Shown: piece by piece, positions 47,386 to 58,500 of the stretch
Layout of the letters: each line of letters opens with the position of its first letter
Position numbering within the stretch: the stretch's first letter is position 1
NCBI GenBank assembly: GCA_963775425.1
Contig: CAVZJB010000008.1
Location: 256,001 to 320,000, forward strand
Source of the DNA: an uncultured delta proteobacterium
GTDB lineage: Bacteria; Myxococcota; UBA727; VGSZ01
Reading direction: 5' to 3'
DNA length: 64,000 bases
Position numbers and translations under genes: made by a program
The notes under the pieces: generated by a model
Told to the model about the DNA's origin: nothing
The model's input: the letters and a program-made list of their open reading frames with translations, nothing else
Databases searched by the model: none

Positions 47386-48335
47386 AGGACGACGACACCA
47401 GCCCCAACGACAACGACCTCAAGGCCGCGCTCGGCGCGCACCTCGACGAGGCGCTGCCCACCGCCGACGAGCGCCGCGAAGATCTCGCCAGCCTCCCGCG
47501 CCGCGCCCGCCGCTTTCGCGGCGGCCCGCTCTCCCACGTGGGCGCCGCCCTCGCCGGCGCCGTCGTCGCCGGCGGCGCCTTCCTGGCGCCGTCGCTGGCG
47601 GCGCGTGTGCAGCGCGCGGGGGACGACGCGGGCGGCGCCGGCGTCACCGTGGACGAGACGGGCAAGGGCGCGCCGCTCGCGGTCCGCGGCGACGCCCGCG
47701 TCTTCGCCCGCAGCGTCGCCGCCGCCGCCGGCCGCTTTCGTGGCCTGGCGGACGTGTTCGCCGAGCGGCGCGTGCGCGACGACAGCGAGCAAGAGCCCGT
47801 GCTCGCCGTCTTCGACGACGTCGTCGCCTCGGTCCCCGGCCTCGAGATCCGCGCGGACGCGTGCCTCGCCGGCCGCCGCATCGACGTGGTCGCCGACGCC
47901 GTCCCCGCCAACGTCCTCCTCGATGTGATCTCCGAGCGCCTCGACCTCGAGGTGAAGACCAGCGAGAGCGCCGTGGAGTTTCATTGTCGCGGCGTGACGC
48001 CCGGCGCCACCACCGTGGTGGACACGCGCCACCGCTGGCCGCCGCCGGACCCGCGGCTCTCGCACACGGTGTCGTTGGACGCCGACGACACCACCCTCGA
48101 TGAGGCGCTCGACATGATCGCGCACATGGAGAAGCTCACCGTGCGCTACGGCGCCCGCGCCCACCCGAAGCTCAAGCTCCACCTCGACGACGTCACCCTC
48201 GGCACGGCGCTGCAGGCGCTGAGCGAGTCGAGCGGCATCCCGGTGCACCTCGACGGCGCAGCCGTCGTCGCCTCCGGCCCCGAGCTGCCCGAGGTGAAGG
48301 CGATGTTGGACAACGCACAGGCGAAGCCGCGCTAG
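47382..48335 (+). CDS. Putative anti-sigma factor: short cytoplasmic N-terminus, TM, tandem STN/secretin-N-like periplasmic domains
   Basis: ATGA overlap with the sigma gene; TM GAALAGAVVAGGAFL; VSLDADDTTLDEALDMIA..LHLDDVTLGTALQAL..G. Confidence 0.7.
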   Translation: MKDDDTSPNDNDLKAALGAHLDEALPTADERREDLASLPRRARRFRGGPLSHVGAALAGAVVAGGAFLAPSLAARVQRAGDDAGGAGVTVDETGKGAPLAVRGDARVFARSVAAAAGRFRGLADVFAERRVRDDSEQEPVLAVFDDVVASVPGLEIRADACLAGRRIDVVADAVPANVLLDVISERLDLEVKTSESAVEFHCRGVTPGATTVVDTRHRWPPPDPRLSHTVSLDADDTTLDEALDMIAHMEKLTVRYGARAHPKLKLHLDDVTLGTALQALSESSGIPVHLDGAAVVASGPELPEVKAMLDNAQAKPR

Positions 48336-48435
48336 CGAGCTGGGGCGCCGATCTCGTACGGCCGTGCGCGCTGTCACGAACGACACGCGCACCGTTCGCT
48401 GGTGCTGGGCGGCGCTCGGGTCCATAACGCCGCTC

Positions 48436-51400
48436 ATGCGCCAACGGCAAGCTGCGCCTCTCCAACGAAAGACGGCTTCCCCGGTAAGGCTCAGCCGCTT
48501 GCAGCGGGGCATCGAGGTGGGCTTCGCGATGGCGCTCGTGCTCCTCGCCGTCATCGGCTTCACCGCCTATCGCAGCACGATGGCGGTCGTGTCGGGTGCC
48601 GCTGATCAGCAGCGGGCCGACGAGGTCGTCGCCACGCTCGATGCGGTGGGGCGCGAGCTCGTCGACGCGGAGACGGGAGAGCGCGGCTACGTCGTCACCG
48701 GCGATCCGGCGTTCCTGCAGCCGCTGCGGGCCGCCACCGCGAACTTGCCGGGAGAGATGGCTCACCTGGAGGCGGAGCTGAAGGGCGACCCGGCGCAAGA
48801 GCGCCGCGCGCAGCGGCTGCGCCCGGTGATGGAGCGCAAGCTGCGCTGGGTCGAGCATGTCGTGGACGTGCGCGACACCAAGGGCGTCGCGGTCGCGCGG
48901 GATGTCGTCGCCTCCGGACACGGCAAGGCGACCATGGACGCCATGCGCCACATGCTCGATGAGATGCAGCACGAAGAGGTGCAGGCGGCGGGCCTGGCGC
49001 ATCCGGGTGGAACCGAGGTCCGCGCCGCGCTCGCCTCCATCGCCGGCGGCAGCGGTCTCGCCTTCGTCGTCGGCGCGCTCGCGCTCCTGCTGCTGCGCGC
49101 GGACAGCCGGCGGCGGCTCCGCGACGAGCAAGTGCTCAGGCTGCAGAGCCAGATCGTCGACCAGGTCCACGATGCGGTGATCGCCACCGACGTCGACGGC
49201 GTCGTGCAAAGCTGGAACCAGGGTGCGGAGCGCATCACGGGTTACACGCGCGCGGAGGCGCTCGAGCGACCCGTCTCCTTCCTCTACCCTGAGGAGGAGC
49301 GGGACATGCACGAGCGCGATGTCATCGCGCCCCTGCAGGCAAAGGGCGCTCACGAGGTCTCGGTCCGGCTGCGCAAGAAGTCGGGCGAAGACTTCTACGG
49401 CCATGTGTCCTTGTCGCTGCTGCGCGATGACGACGGTGAGCCCATCGGCATGATCGGCTACACCATGGACGTCACCGACCAGCGGCGCGCCGAGGACGCG
49501 CTGCGCGTCCGCGCGGAGCAGCAGTCCCGCGTCGCCGCGCTGGGCGAGCGCGCGCTCGCGTGCGCGAGCCTGCCCGAGCTCCTGCGCGACGCGGTCTCCG
49601 TCGTCACCGAGGCGCTCGACGTCGAGCTGTGCGAGCTCCTCGAGCTCCTCCCCGGGCAGGGCGGGCTGCTGCTGCGCGAGGGCGCCGGCTGGCAGGAGGG
49701 CCTGGTCGGCCGAACCACGGTTGACGCAGGCGCCGCGAGTCAGGCCGGATACACGCTCGAGCGCGGTGGCCCCGTCGTCGTCGCGGATCTGGGTCGGGAG
49801 GCGCGCTTCACCGCGCCGCTGCTGACGGCTCACCAAGCGGTCAGCGGCATCACCGTCGTCATTCAGGGACACAAGCGGGCCTTCGGCGTGCTCGGTGCGC
49901 ACGCGCGCGGGCGCCGTGAGTTCACGGCAGACGACGTGGCGCTCGCGCAGAGCGTGGCGAACATCGTCGGCCAGTTCGCGGAGCGCACTCACGTCCTCGA
50001 GCGCCTGCGCGAGCAGGCCGCGCTGCTCGAGCACGCCCACGACGCCATTGTCGTCGTCGACATGCTTGATCGGGTCACGTTCTGGAATCGCGCGGCGGAA
50101 CGCATCACCGGCTGGCGGGCAGAAGAGACCATCGGCCGGGACCTGCAGACGTGCCTGTACTCCGCCGACGTCGAACGCTATCGCCGTGCGCGGCGCAAGA
50201 TGCTGGAGGACGGAGAGTGGGCAGGTGAGCTGCGGGCCCGCAGCCGCGATCACAAGCCCATCGTGAGCCAGGTCAGTTGGACGCTGTTTCACGACGAAGC
50301 CGGCCGGCCCCAGGGCGTGCTTGCCATCATGACGGACGTCACCGAGCAGCGCCTGTTGGAGGCGCAGTTCTATCGAGCACAGCGGCTGGAGAGCATCGGA
50401 ACGCTGGCGAGCGGCATGGCGCACGATCTCAACAACATCCTGCAGCCCGTGATGCTGTCGGGACAGTTGCTGCAGAAGCGCCGCCCCGGGCAGGACACGC
50501 GGCCGCTCGTCGACATGATCGTGCGCAACTGCCGCCGTGGGGCGGAGCTGATCCGCCAGGTGTTGTCGTTCGCGCGCGGCGCCGAGTCGGAGCGCGCGCC
50601 GCTCGACCCGGCCACCGTCATCGACGAGGTCGCCCCCATGCTGCGGCGGACCCTGCCCCCTTCGATCACGCTCGAGGTGGATCGCCCTCAGGCGGTTCGT
50701 GCCGTCGCCGGCAACGCCACCCAGCTCCATCAGGTCTTGATGAATCTCTGCGTCAACGCTCGCGACGCCATGCACGGCGCCGGCGTGCTGCACATCGACG
50801 TGGCGGACGCGGAGCTGAGCGAAGCGGACGCGCGCAGGCAGCTTGACGCGCGGGCGGGGTGGTACGTGCGCATCCGCGTCGTGGACACGGGCGTGGGCAT
50901 CGCGCCCGACCTCATCGACAAGATCTTCGATCCGTTCGTCACCACCAAGGGCCAGGGAGAGGGGACGGGGCTCGGGTTGAGCACCGTGCGTGGGATCGTG
51001 GTCGGGCACGGCGGCTTCATCGCCGTCGACAGCGAGCCGGGGCGCGGCACGACCTTCTCCGTCTACCTCCCGGCTCTCGACGAGGCGAGCCAGCCGGCGC
51101 CTGCCGGCGCGAGCGCCGCCGCGCTCCCCGGACACGGCGAGCGCATCCTCGTCATCGATGACGAAGCGGAGGTGCGCGAGGCCACGCGCGACGTGCTCGA
51201 GTCGGCGGGGTACCGGGTCGTGACGGCGGAAGACGGGGTGAACGGCGTGCAGGTGTTCCGCAGCGATGCCGTCGGCTTCCAGGCCGTCGTCACCGACATG
51301 GTCATGCCCCGGATGAGCGGCGCGGTCACCATCGAGCGCTTGCGCGAGGTGGATCCGCACGTTCGCGTGATCGTCACGAGCGGCGTGCTCGAGCGGAGCG

Positions 51401-51498
51401 AGGCCGCCGCCTACGGCGCCGTCGCATTCGTGCCCAAGCCCGTCGAGCTGGACACGCTCCTCGAGGTCGTCGCCGACACGCTCGCGCGACCGGCGTGA
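48436..51498 (+). CDS. Hybrid sensor histidine kinase CHASE3-PAS-GAF-PAS-HisKA-HATPase-REC
   Basis: DAETGERGY; WNQGAE and WNRAAE; GMAHDLNN; NLCVNARDAM; GTGLGL; ILVIDDE, TDMVMP, KP. Confidence 0.95.
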   Translation: MRQRQAAPLQRKTASPVRLSRLQRGIEVGFAMALVLLAVIGFTAYRSTMAVVSGAADQQRADEVVATLDAVGRELVDAETGERGYVVTGDPAFLQPLRAATANLPGEMAHLEAELKGDPAQERRAQRLRPVMERKLRWVEHVVDVRDTKGVAVARDVVASGHGKATMDAMRHMLDEMQHEEVQAAGLAHPGGTEVRAALASIAGGSGLAFVVGALALLLLRADSRRRLRDEQVLRLQSQIVDQVHDAVIATDVDGVVQSWNQGAERITGYTRAEALERPVSFLYPEEERDMHERDVIAPLQAKGAHEVSVRLRKKSGEDFYGHVSLSLLRDDDGEPIGMIGYTMDVTDQRRAEDALRVRAEQQSRVAALGERALACASLPELLRDAVSVVTEALDVELCELLELLPGQGGLLLREGAGWQEGLVGRTTVDAGAASQAGYTLERGGPVVVADLGREARFTAPLLTAHQAVSGITVVIQGHKRAFGVLGAHARGRREFTADDVALAQSVANIVGQFAERTHVLERLREQAALLEHAHDAIVVVDMLDRVTFWNRAAERITGWRAEETIGRDLQTCLYSADVERYRRARRKMLEDGEWAGELRARSRDHKPIVSQVSWTLFHDEAGRPQGVLAIMTDVTEQRLLEAQFYRAQRLESIGTLASGMAHDLNNILQPVMLSGQLLQKRRPGQDTRPLVDMIVRNCRRGAELIRQVLSFARGAESERAPLDPATVIDEVAPMLRRTLPPSITLEVDRPQAVRAVAGNATQLHQVLMNLCVNARDAMHGAGVLHIDVADAELSEADARRQLDARAGWYVRIRVVDTGVGIAPDLIDKIFDPFVTTKGQGEGTGLGLSTVRGIVVGHGGFIAVDSEPGRGTTFSVYLPALDEASQPAPAGASAAALPGHGERILVIDDEAEVREATRDVLESAGYRVVTAEDGVNGVQVFRSDAVGFQAVVTDMVMPRMSGAVTIERLREVDPHVRVIVTSGVLERSEAAAYGAVAFVPKPVELDTLLEVVADTLARPA

Positions 51499-51607
51499 TC
51501 CCGCGCCGGGCGCCGCCGGCCCCTGCGCGCAGAAGAGCCGTTCCCCGCGGCGCCCGGGCGGCCTCGCGCAGGCGACGTCCGCCGATCGACGGACGCGCGA
51601 CGGTCAA

Positions 51608-51625
51608 AGAAACAGCATTGTTTCT
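51608..51625. promoter_or_regulatory. AT-rich palindromic operator candidate AGAAACA-N4-TGTTTCT
   Basis: Perfect 7-bp inverted repeat 22 nt upstream of the astacin ATG. Confidence 0.5.
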
Positions 51626-51647
51626 ATGTCGCAACCAAGGAGGCCCC

Positions 51648-52541
51648 ATGATCGCGCGCTCGTCCATCTTCATCGCCCTGCTCCTGACCGCCGCCTGTGG
51701 CGCGCCGCCGCCGCTCGACGACGACGGCGCTCCGACGCTCGGCGCGCCGGGAGAGGGTGTCTGGCGCACCGCCGCGGTGCGGATCGACGATCGGATCGCC
51801 ACCCTCTCCGTGGAGGACTTCGACGGGACGTACGTCCTCGACGGCGACATCGTGCTCGACCCCGAGGACGTCACCGTGCTCGACGACCACGACGCGCTCG
51901 ACGCCGGCGGTGTGCAGGCGACGCCGCCGCCCACCGAGGAGCAGGGCCTGGCGGCCGTGAAGCGCGGCCGGCTGTGGCCCGGCGGCGTCGTCTACTACCG
52001 CTTCAGCGCTTCGCTCTCGTCGACGATGCGCCACCGCGTCAAGCGCGCCATGGCGGCGTGGGAGGACAGGGCGAGCATCGTCTTCGAGAAGGCCGGCCCC
52101 GGCCGCGACGACTACGTCTTGATCAAGCCGTTTCAGCACCCCTACTGCCGCGCGAGCATCGGCCACGGCTCAGGCGTCCGGTACATGTGGCTGAGCCACG
52201 TGTGCAGCGTCGGGCTCATCAAGCACGAGCTCGGCCACTCGCTCGGCCTCTACCACGAGCAGTCGCGGCAGGACCGCGACAAGCACGTGCGCATCCTGTG
52301 GAACAACGTCGAGAGGTGGGCCCGCGGCAACTTCGATCGGTACCGGGAGACCGCCGGCCGCGACGTCGGGCCGTACGACCTCGACTCCATCATGCAGTAC
52401 AGCTCGTACGCGTTTTCGAAGAACGGCGCGCCCACCATCGTGCGCGTGAGCGACGGGCGCCCGTTCGGCGGCTACCGCACCGCGATCTCCGATCTGGACG
52501 CGCGCTACGTGAAGCGCATCTACGCCCACGCCGCCCAGTGA
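51648..52541 (+). CDS. Astacin-family (M12A) zinc metalloprotease lipoprotein
   Basis: SD AAGGAGG; lipobox LTAAC; propeptide DGDI; HELGHSLGLYHEQSRQDRD; Met-turn SIMQY. Confidence 0.93.
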   Translation: MIARSSIFIALLLTAACGAPPPLDDDGAPTLGAPGEGVWRTAAVRIDDRIATLSVEDFDGTYVLDGDIVLDPEDVTVLDDHDALDAGGVQATPPPTEEQGLAAVKRGRLWPGGVVYYRFSASLSSTMRHRVKRAMAAWEDRASIVFEKAGPGRDDYVLIKPFQHPYCRASIGHGSGVRYMWLSHVCSVGLIKHELGHSLGLYHEQSRQDRDKHVRILWNNVERWARGNFDRYRETAGRDVGPYDLDSIMQYSSYAFSKNGAPTIVRVSDGRPFGGYRTAISDLDARYVKRIYAHAAQ

Positions 52542-52554
52542 CGCACCTCGGGGC

Positions 52555-52574
52555 GCGCCGGGGCACCCCGGCGC
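52555..52574. terminator. GC hairpin between convergent genes (no U-tract)
   Basis: GCGCCGGG-GCAC-CCCGGCGC. Confidence 0.3.
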
Positions 52575-52577
52575 CCG

Positions 52578-55500
52578 CTATGGGATCAGCAACCGGACGG
52601 CGTTCGAGCCGTCGCCGGTCCAATAGATGTCGCCGTTGCCGTCGAGGGCGACGCCCTCCGGCGCGTTCAACAGGCCCGTGCCCGGCGCCGTGAGCGAGCT
52701 GAAGCCCGCGGTGTTGAGCGTGCCGACCAGCGTGCGCACCGTCCCGCTCGTCCCGAGCCCCGCCGCGCCCTGGCCGGCGACGACCGCGGCCACGCCGGGC
52801 AGCGCGCGCAGCCGGTGGTTCGACACCTCGGTGAAGAACAGCGTGTCGGCGACGGCGTCGTACGCGAGCCCGCCGATGTTGTTCACCGTCATGCCGTTGC
52901 CGTTGACGCCGTCGCCGGTGGAGCCGTTGTTGGCGCCCGCGATGTAGGTGAGCGTGCCGTCGGTCTCCAGGCGCAGGAGCGCCGAGGTGTTGAGCGCGTT
53001 GTTCGGCACCGGGCAGGCGCCGCCGTTCGAGATATTCGCCGAGAAGTACATGCGGTCCTGCGCGTCCCACGCGAGCCCCGTGTTGGAGATGGAGCTGACC
53101 ACCAGGCCCGACGCCGCCGTGCAGTTTTGACTGCCGAGCACCGCGCTGGTGGTGTTGAACGGCGACACGGGATCGATGCGGCGGATGTCGTTGAAGCCGT
53201 TGTCGACGACGTAGAGGAAGCCGTCCGGGCCGATGCTGAGCTCGCGGATGTCGTTCAAGCTCACGCCCGAGCCCGCGCCGCCGTCGCCGTGTCCGGGGGT
53301 GTCCGCGGCGCCGCCGGCGATGGTGGTGATGATGCCGTCGCTGATGTTGACCCGGCGGACGCGGTCGCGGTCGACGGAGCCGCCGGCGTCCGCGATGTAG
53401 ACGTTGCCGGCGGCGTCGAGCGCGATGCCCCGCGGCGACTCCAGTTGCGCCTGCGTCGCCAGCACGTTGTCGAGGAAGCCTGAGGTGCCCGTGCCCGCGA
53501 ACACCGAGAGGTGTCCCTCCGGGCTGATGGACACCACGCGGTGGTTGCTGCTGTCCGACACGAACAGCGTGCCGTCCGCCGCGAGCGCCACGCCCGAGAC
53601 GCTCAAGCTCAGGCGCGCTTGCGTGGCCGCGATCTCGCCAAAGCCGCTGAGCGGCGGCACCGCCCCCGCGGTGCCCTGGCTGTTGGCGATGGCGACGGTG
53701 CTGCCCGAGGGCGGGCGCTGCGCCGTCAACGTAAACAGCGGGGGCTGTCCGGTGCCGTCGATGATGTCGACGGGATCAAGCCACGTGCGCGCGAGCGCCT
53801 GGAACCGGTGCGGCGTGGTCACGCTGCGGCCGAGGCGCACCGTGCTGCTGGCCTCGCCGGCGAGCGTGGTGGCCAGGACGCCTTGTGTGACGCTGTCGCC
53901 GAGGTCGAGCGCCGTGAAGAACACGGGCAGCCCCACCACCGGCGTGGAGCCGCCGTCGATGACGCGCACGCGCAGCGGCAGCGCGGCGAGCTGACCCATG
54001 GTGGCGATCTGCGCATCTCCGTCGACGATGGCGATGGTGGCCGTGGCGGGCGTCTGCTGACCGATGCCGCGGATCATGCGCACGCGCTCGTTGCCGCCGT
54101 CGACGACGTAGAGGTTGTCGTCGGCGTCGAACGCGAGGCCGGTGGGGGCGTTCACGCGGGTCGCGGTGCTGTTGACGTTGTCGGCGGTGAAGCCGGCGAC
54201 GCCGTCGCCCGCGACGGTGGTCATCACGCCGAGGACGTCCACCTTGCGGATGCGGTGCCCCGTGCCTTCGGCGAAGTACAGGTTGCCGGCGGCGTCCACG
54301 GCGATGCCGCCGACGCGGTGCACGCGGATGCCCAGGGCCGCGCCGGAGGCCGCCTCGGTGTTGCCGCCCGCGAGCGCGGTCTGCGTGACCCCGTCGCTCT
54401 CGAGCCGGAACACGTAGTCCGCGTTGGGGTCGGGCACCGGGCAGCCGCCGGCGTTGCCGATGCTGCCGCTGTAATAGAGGCGGCCCTCCTTGTCGAAGGC
54501 GAGCGACGCCTGCGGAAACGACGTGGCCGCCACGCCCGTCACCGACGAGCAGGCCTGGCCGACCACCACGCTGTCGATGACGCCGGGCAAAGCCGGCGTG
54601 GTGACCTGTACGCGGCGGATGCGCTGGTGCGCTTCGTCGACGATGAACACGTTGCCGGTGATCCCCGGGACGTCGCTGCCGTCGGCCGCGGTGGGGCCGA
54701 CCGCGACGCTGGATGGTGCGTCGAGGTTCGCGCCGGTGGCGACCACGCCGTCGGCGGGCTGCGGGTTGTTGAGCGCGCTCCCCGCGAAGACAGTGAGGTT
54801 GCCGTCGCTCGTCAGCACACGCACGACGTCGTTGTTGGTGTCCGCGATGTAGAGGTTCTTGTCCGCGTCGAGCGCGAGGCCGTGCGGGCCGTTGAGCGCG
54901 ACGGAGAGCGCGGGCCCGTTGCCGCCGTTGCCGGCCGCGCCGGTGCCGGCGACGGCGAGCACGGCCCCGTTCGGGTCCACGCGCAGCACGCGGTTGTTGG
55001 AGGCGTCGCTGTAGAACACCGTGCCGTCGTCGGGGTCGACGGCGATGCCGTCGAACGAGGTGGTGAGGTTGGCGAGGGAGCGGGCCGCCGACGAGCTCAG
55101 CGTGCTGCCGGGGACGCCGGTCTGGTTCACGATGCTCGCGATGATGCCGGTGGCGATGTCCGTGGCCGTCTCGGTGAGCACGATGGGGGTGCCGAGCGGC
55201 AGGCCGTCGAGCCCGGTGGACGTGAGGGTGAACGTCGCCGCGCCCGGCGTCCGCGGCAGGAAGGCCACGAAGGAAAAGACGCCGTTGCCGTCGGTGAACC
55301 CCGACGACGGCTCCGCCGCCGCCCCGGCCGGCGTCGTCACCTGTACGAAGACGCCGGAGATGGGCGTGCCGTCGGTGTCCTTCACCGTGACGCCGAGCGG
55401 CGAGGCGAGCGCCTGGTTGATGGTCGCCGACTGGCCGCCGCCGAAGGGCGTGGCGACCACCACGGGCGGCGTGGTCTCCGCCACGGCGCGCACGACGCGC

Positions 55501-58500
55501 ACGTCGTCGAGGCCGGCGTCGGTGATGATGAGGTCGCCCGCCGGCGAGAACGCAAGGAAGGACGGCACCGCGAACAGCGCGCCCGACGCGGGGCCGCCGT
55601 CGCCGGTGGTGGTCGACGTCGCCACCGTGCCCGCCGTGCCCGCCAACGTCGAGATCACGCCGGTGGCCGACACCTTGCGCACGCGCTCCGACGTGCCGCG
55701 CTCGGCGACGTACGCGTTGCCCGCCGGGTCCATGGCCAGGCCGGAGGGCGTGTCGAGGCGCGCGCCGCGCGCGGCGCCCGTGGTGACGATGGTGCTCCCG
55801 CCGGCGAGCGCCGTAAGCGTGCCGTCCGCCTCCAGGCGAAACAGGACGTCCGCGGAGCTCGGCAGCGCGCAGCCGCCGCCGTTGAGGATCTGTCCGAGGA
55901 ACACGAGCCGATCCTGCGGATCGAGCGTGAGCTCGGTGTCGGCGAGCCCGCCCGCGCGGAGGTTGCCGGTGGTGCACAGCGCGACGGTGATCGCCGTGCT
56001 GATGAAGCCGCCGGTGTTGATCTTCTTGATGGCGTCCGGGGACCCGTTGTCGAGGACGAACGCGTCACCGGTCTGCGCGAACACCAGCGACGTGGGGCCC
56101 GAGAGCTGCGCGGTGGTGGCGAGGACGTTTTCGTTTGTCGACGTGCCGCCGCCGGCGAACGTGGTGACGAGGCCGGTCTGCGCATCGAGCTCGCGCACGC
56201 GGTTGTTGTTGGTGTCCGCGATGTAGAGGTTCTCGTTCGCGTCGAGCGCCAGCCCGTGGGGGCGGCTGAAGCGCGCTTGTGGGCCGGCGACGTTGTCGAC
56301 GAACGCCGCCTGTCCCGCGTCGCTGCCGGCGGCGAGGAAGAGCTCTCCGTCGGGCGCGATGCGCACGACGCGGTTGTTCGCGGAGTCGGCGACGAAGATG
56401 GACCCGTCCGACGGGCGAACCACGACGCCGGAGGCCCCCTCCAGGCTCAGGGACGCCTTGGACGCGGCGCTCGGCGCGGCGTTGCCCTGGCCGTCGAGGA
56501 GCTGCGTGCGGCCCTGCTGCGCGGGGGCGTTCGCCAGCGTGCCGGCGAAGCCCGTGGGGAGATCCGTCGCCGTGGCCGCGATGCTCAAGGGCGCGCCGGC
56601 GAGCAGCGCTCCGTCGGGCCCGGTGCCGGTGACGGTGAACGTCTGCGCGCCGAGCGCGCGCGACACCGTGCCGAGCGAAGACGCGTTGCCGTTGGCGTCG
56701 GTGAGCACCACCGCCGGTGACACGACGCCGCCAGGCGGCGCCGTGAGCACGATCTGCAGACCGACGAGCGGCGCGCCCGCCGTGTCCTGCGCGTGGACCA
56801 CGAACGCCTGCGCGAGGTCCGCCGAGAAGCGCGCCGACTGACCGCCGCCCGCGCCGAGCGAGAGCGAAAACGGCGCCTCGCACTGCCCGCCGCAGTCCTT
56901 GGGACACGTGGTGCACGCCTCGCCGGAGTCGCACGTGCCGTTGCCGCACGTGGCGACGCAGTCGGCCGGGCACGACGACGAGTCCTCGAGCGGGTCGCAG
57001 CGGTTGTTGCCGCAGGTGGAGCACAGGTCGCTCGACAGACGGCACGTCAACGGGTCGCACGAGATCTGCCCGGCGTTGAAGCCGAGGTCGCCGCAGGTGG
57101 CGCCGGCGAAGTTGTTGCCGTCGCACTCCTCGTCGCCTTCGATGATGCCGTTGCCGCAGATGGAGCAACTGTTGGCGTTCACCTGGCACTGCGAGTTGCA
57201 CGCGAGGGTGCCGACGGAGCCGGCGACGAAGTCGGCGCAGGTGGCGCCGCCGAAGTTGGTGCCGTCGCACTCCTCGAAGTCGGCGGTGTCGATGATGCCG
57301 TCGCCGCAGTTGCTGCACTGCGTGGTGCGCGCGTGGCAGTTGGAGTCGCACGTGAGCGTGCCGCCGAAGAACCCGAAGCTGGTGCACGACAGGCCCGAGG
57401 CGAAGACGCCGCCGACGTCGCAGTCCTCGCCGGCGTCGAGGACGCCGTTGCCGCACTGGCCCGCGACCGTGAAGGGCGCGGCGCCGCCGGCGCCGTCGGG
57501 CACGGACACCGTGAGCTCCTGCGCCTGCCCGCCCGTGTCCGTGAACGCGTAGACGAGCGCGACGCGCCAGACGCCCTGCGGGAGGCGGCCGCCGCTGTCG
57601 ACGCGCACCAGGCTGTCGGTGGCGATGCTCGGAGCGATCTCGACGGTCAGCTCGTCGTCGTCGCGCACGAAGCGGGCGGTGGTGATGCGCGCGTGGTTGA
57701 GGCTCGAGCCCTGCAAGAGCACGGTGAAATTGGCTCCGTCGACGGGCGGCGACAGCGCCTGCTGCGACAGGAGCGTGGGCGCGATGGCGGCGAACGTCGG
57801 CGACAGCGCCGTGCCCGTGGAGAAGTCCGCCGTGATGAAGAAGTCGCCGCGCTCGGGGAGCGCGTCGTCGACGCGCACGTTCAGCGCCGTGGCCGACGCC
57901 GACACCAGCGTCGCGGCGTACTCCGCGCCCGCGCCGTCGTTCAGGTGCACGTGCCCGCCGTCGATGGCCACGAGGTTCTGGCCGGCCACCGTGACGACGT
58001 CACCGGGCACGAGCGCGCCCACCACGTCCGGCGACACGCTGGTGAACACAGGCGCGAGCGCGTCCTCGTAGACGAGCGCCGAGGCGTCGGTCTGCCCGTC
58101 GGGGTTGGCCACCCGCAGGATGGCCGCGCCCGGCGCGCGCAGCGGCGGCACGAAGGTGAAGGACGTGCCCGTGAGGTTGGTGATGGGCAGCGGGTCCGTG
58201 TCGAGGAACGCGAGCATGCCGGTCTGAAAGCCCGAGCCCGTCACCGTGACGGTGACGTTGAGCGCGTCGACGCGCACGCTGGCCGGGTTGAGCGCCAGGA
58301 CGCGCGGCGGCGCCGCGGCGGGCGCGAACACGTCGACGGCGAGGGTGCCGCTCTGCTGCCCGTCGGTGTTGCGCACCGTGATGTCGGCGCTGCCCTCCGC
58401 GAGGCCGCCGGGCGCGGTGGCGATGATGCGCGAGTCGTTCACGAACGTCACGGCCGGCGCCGCCAGGGACGTCGCCCCCTGCGCGAACACGGCGGTGACG

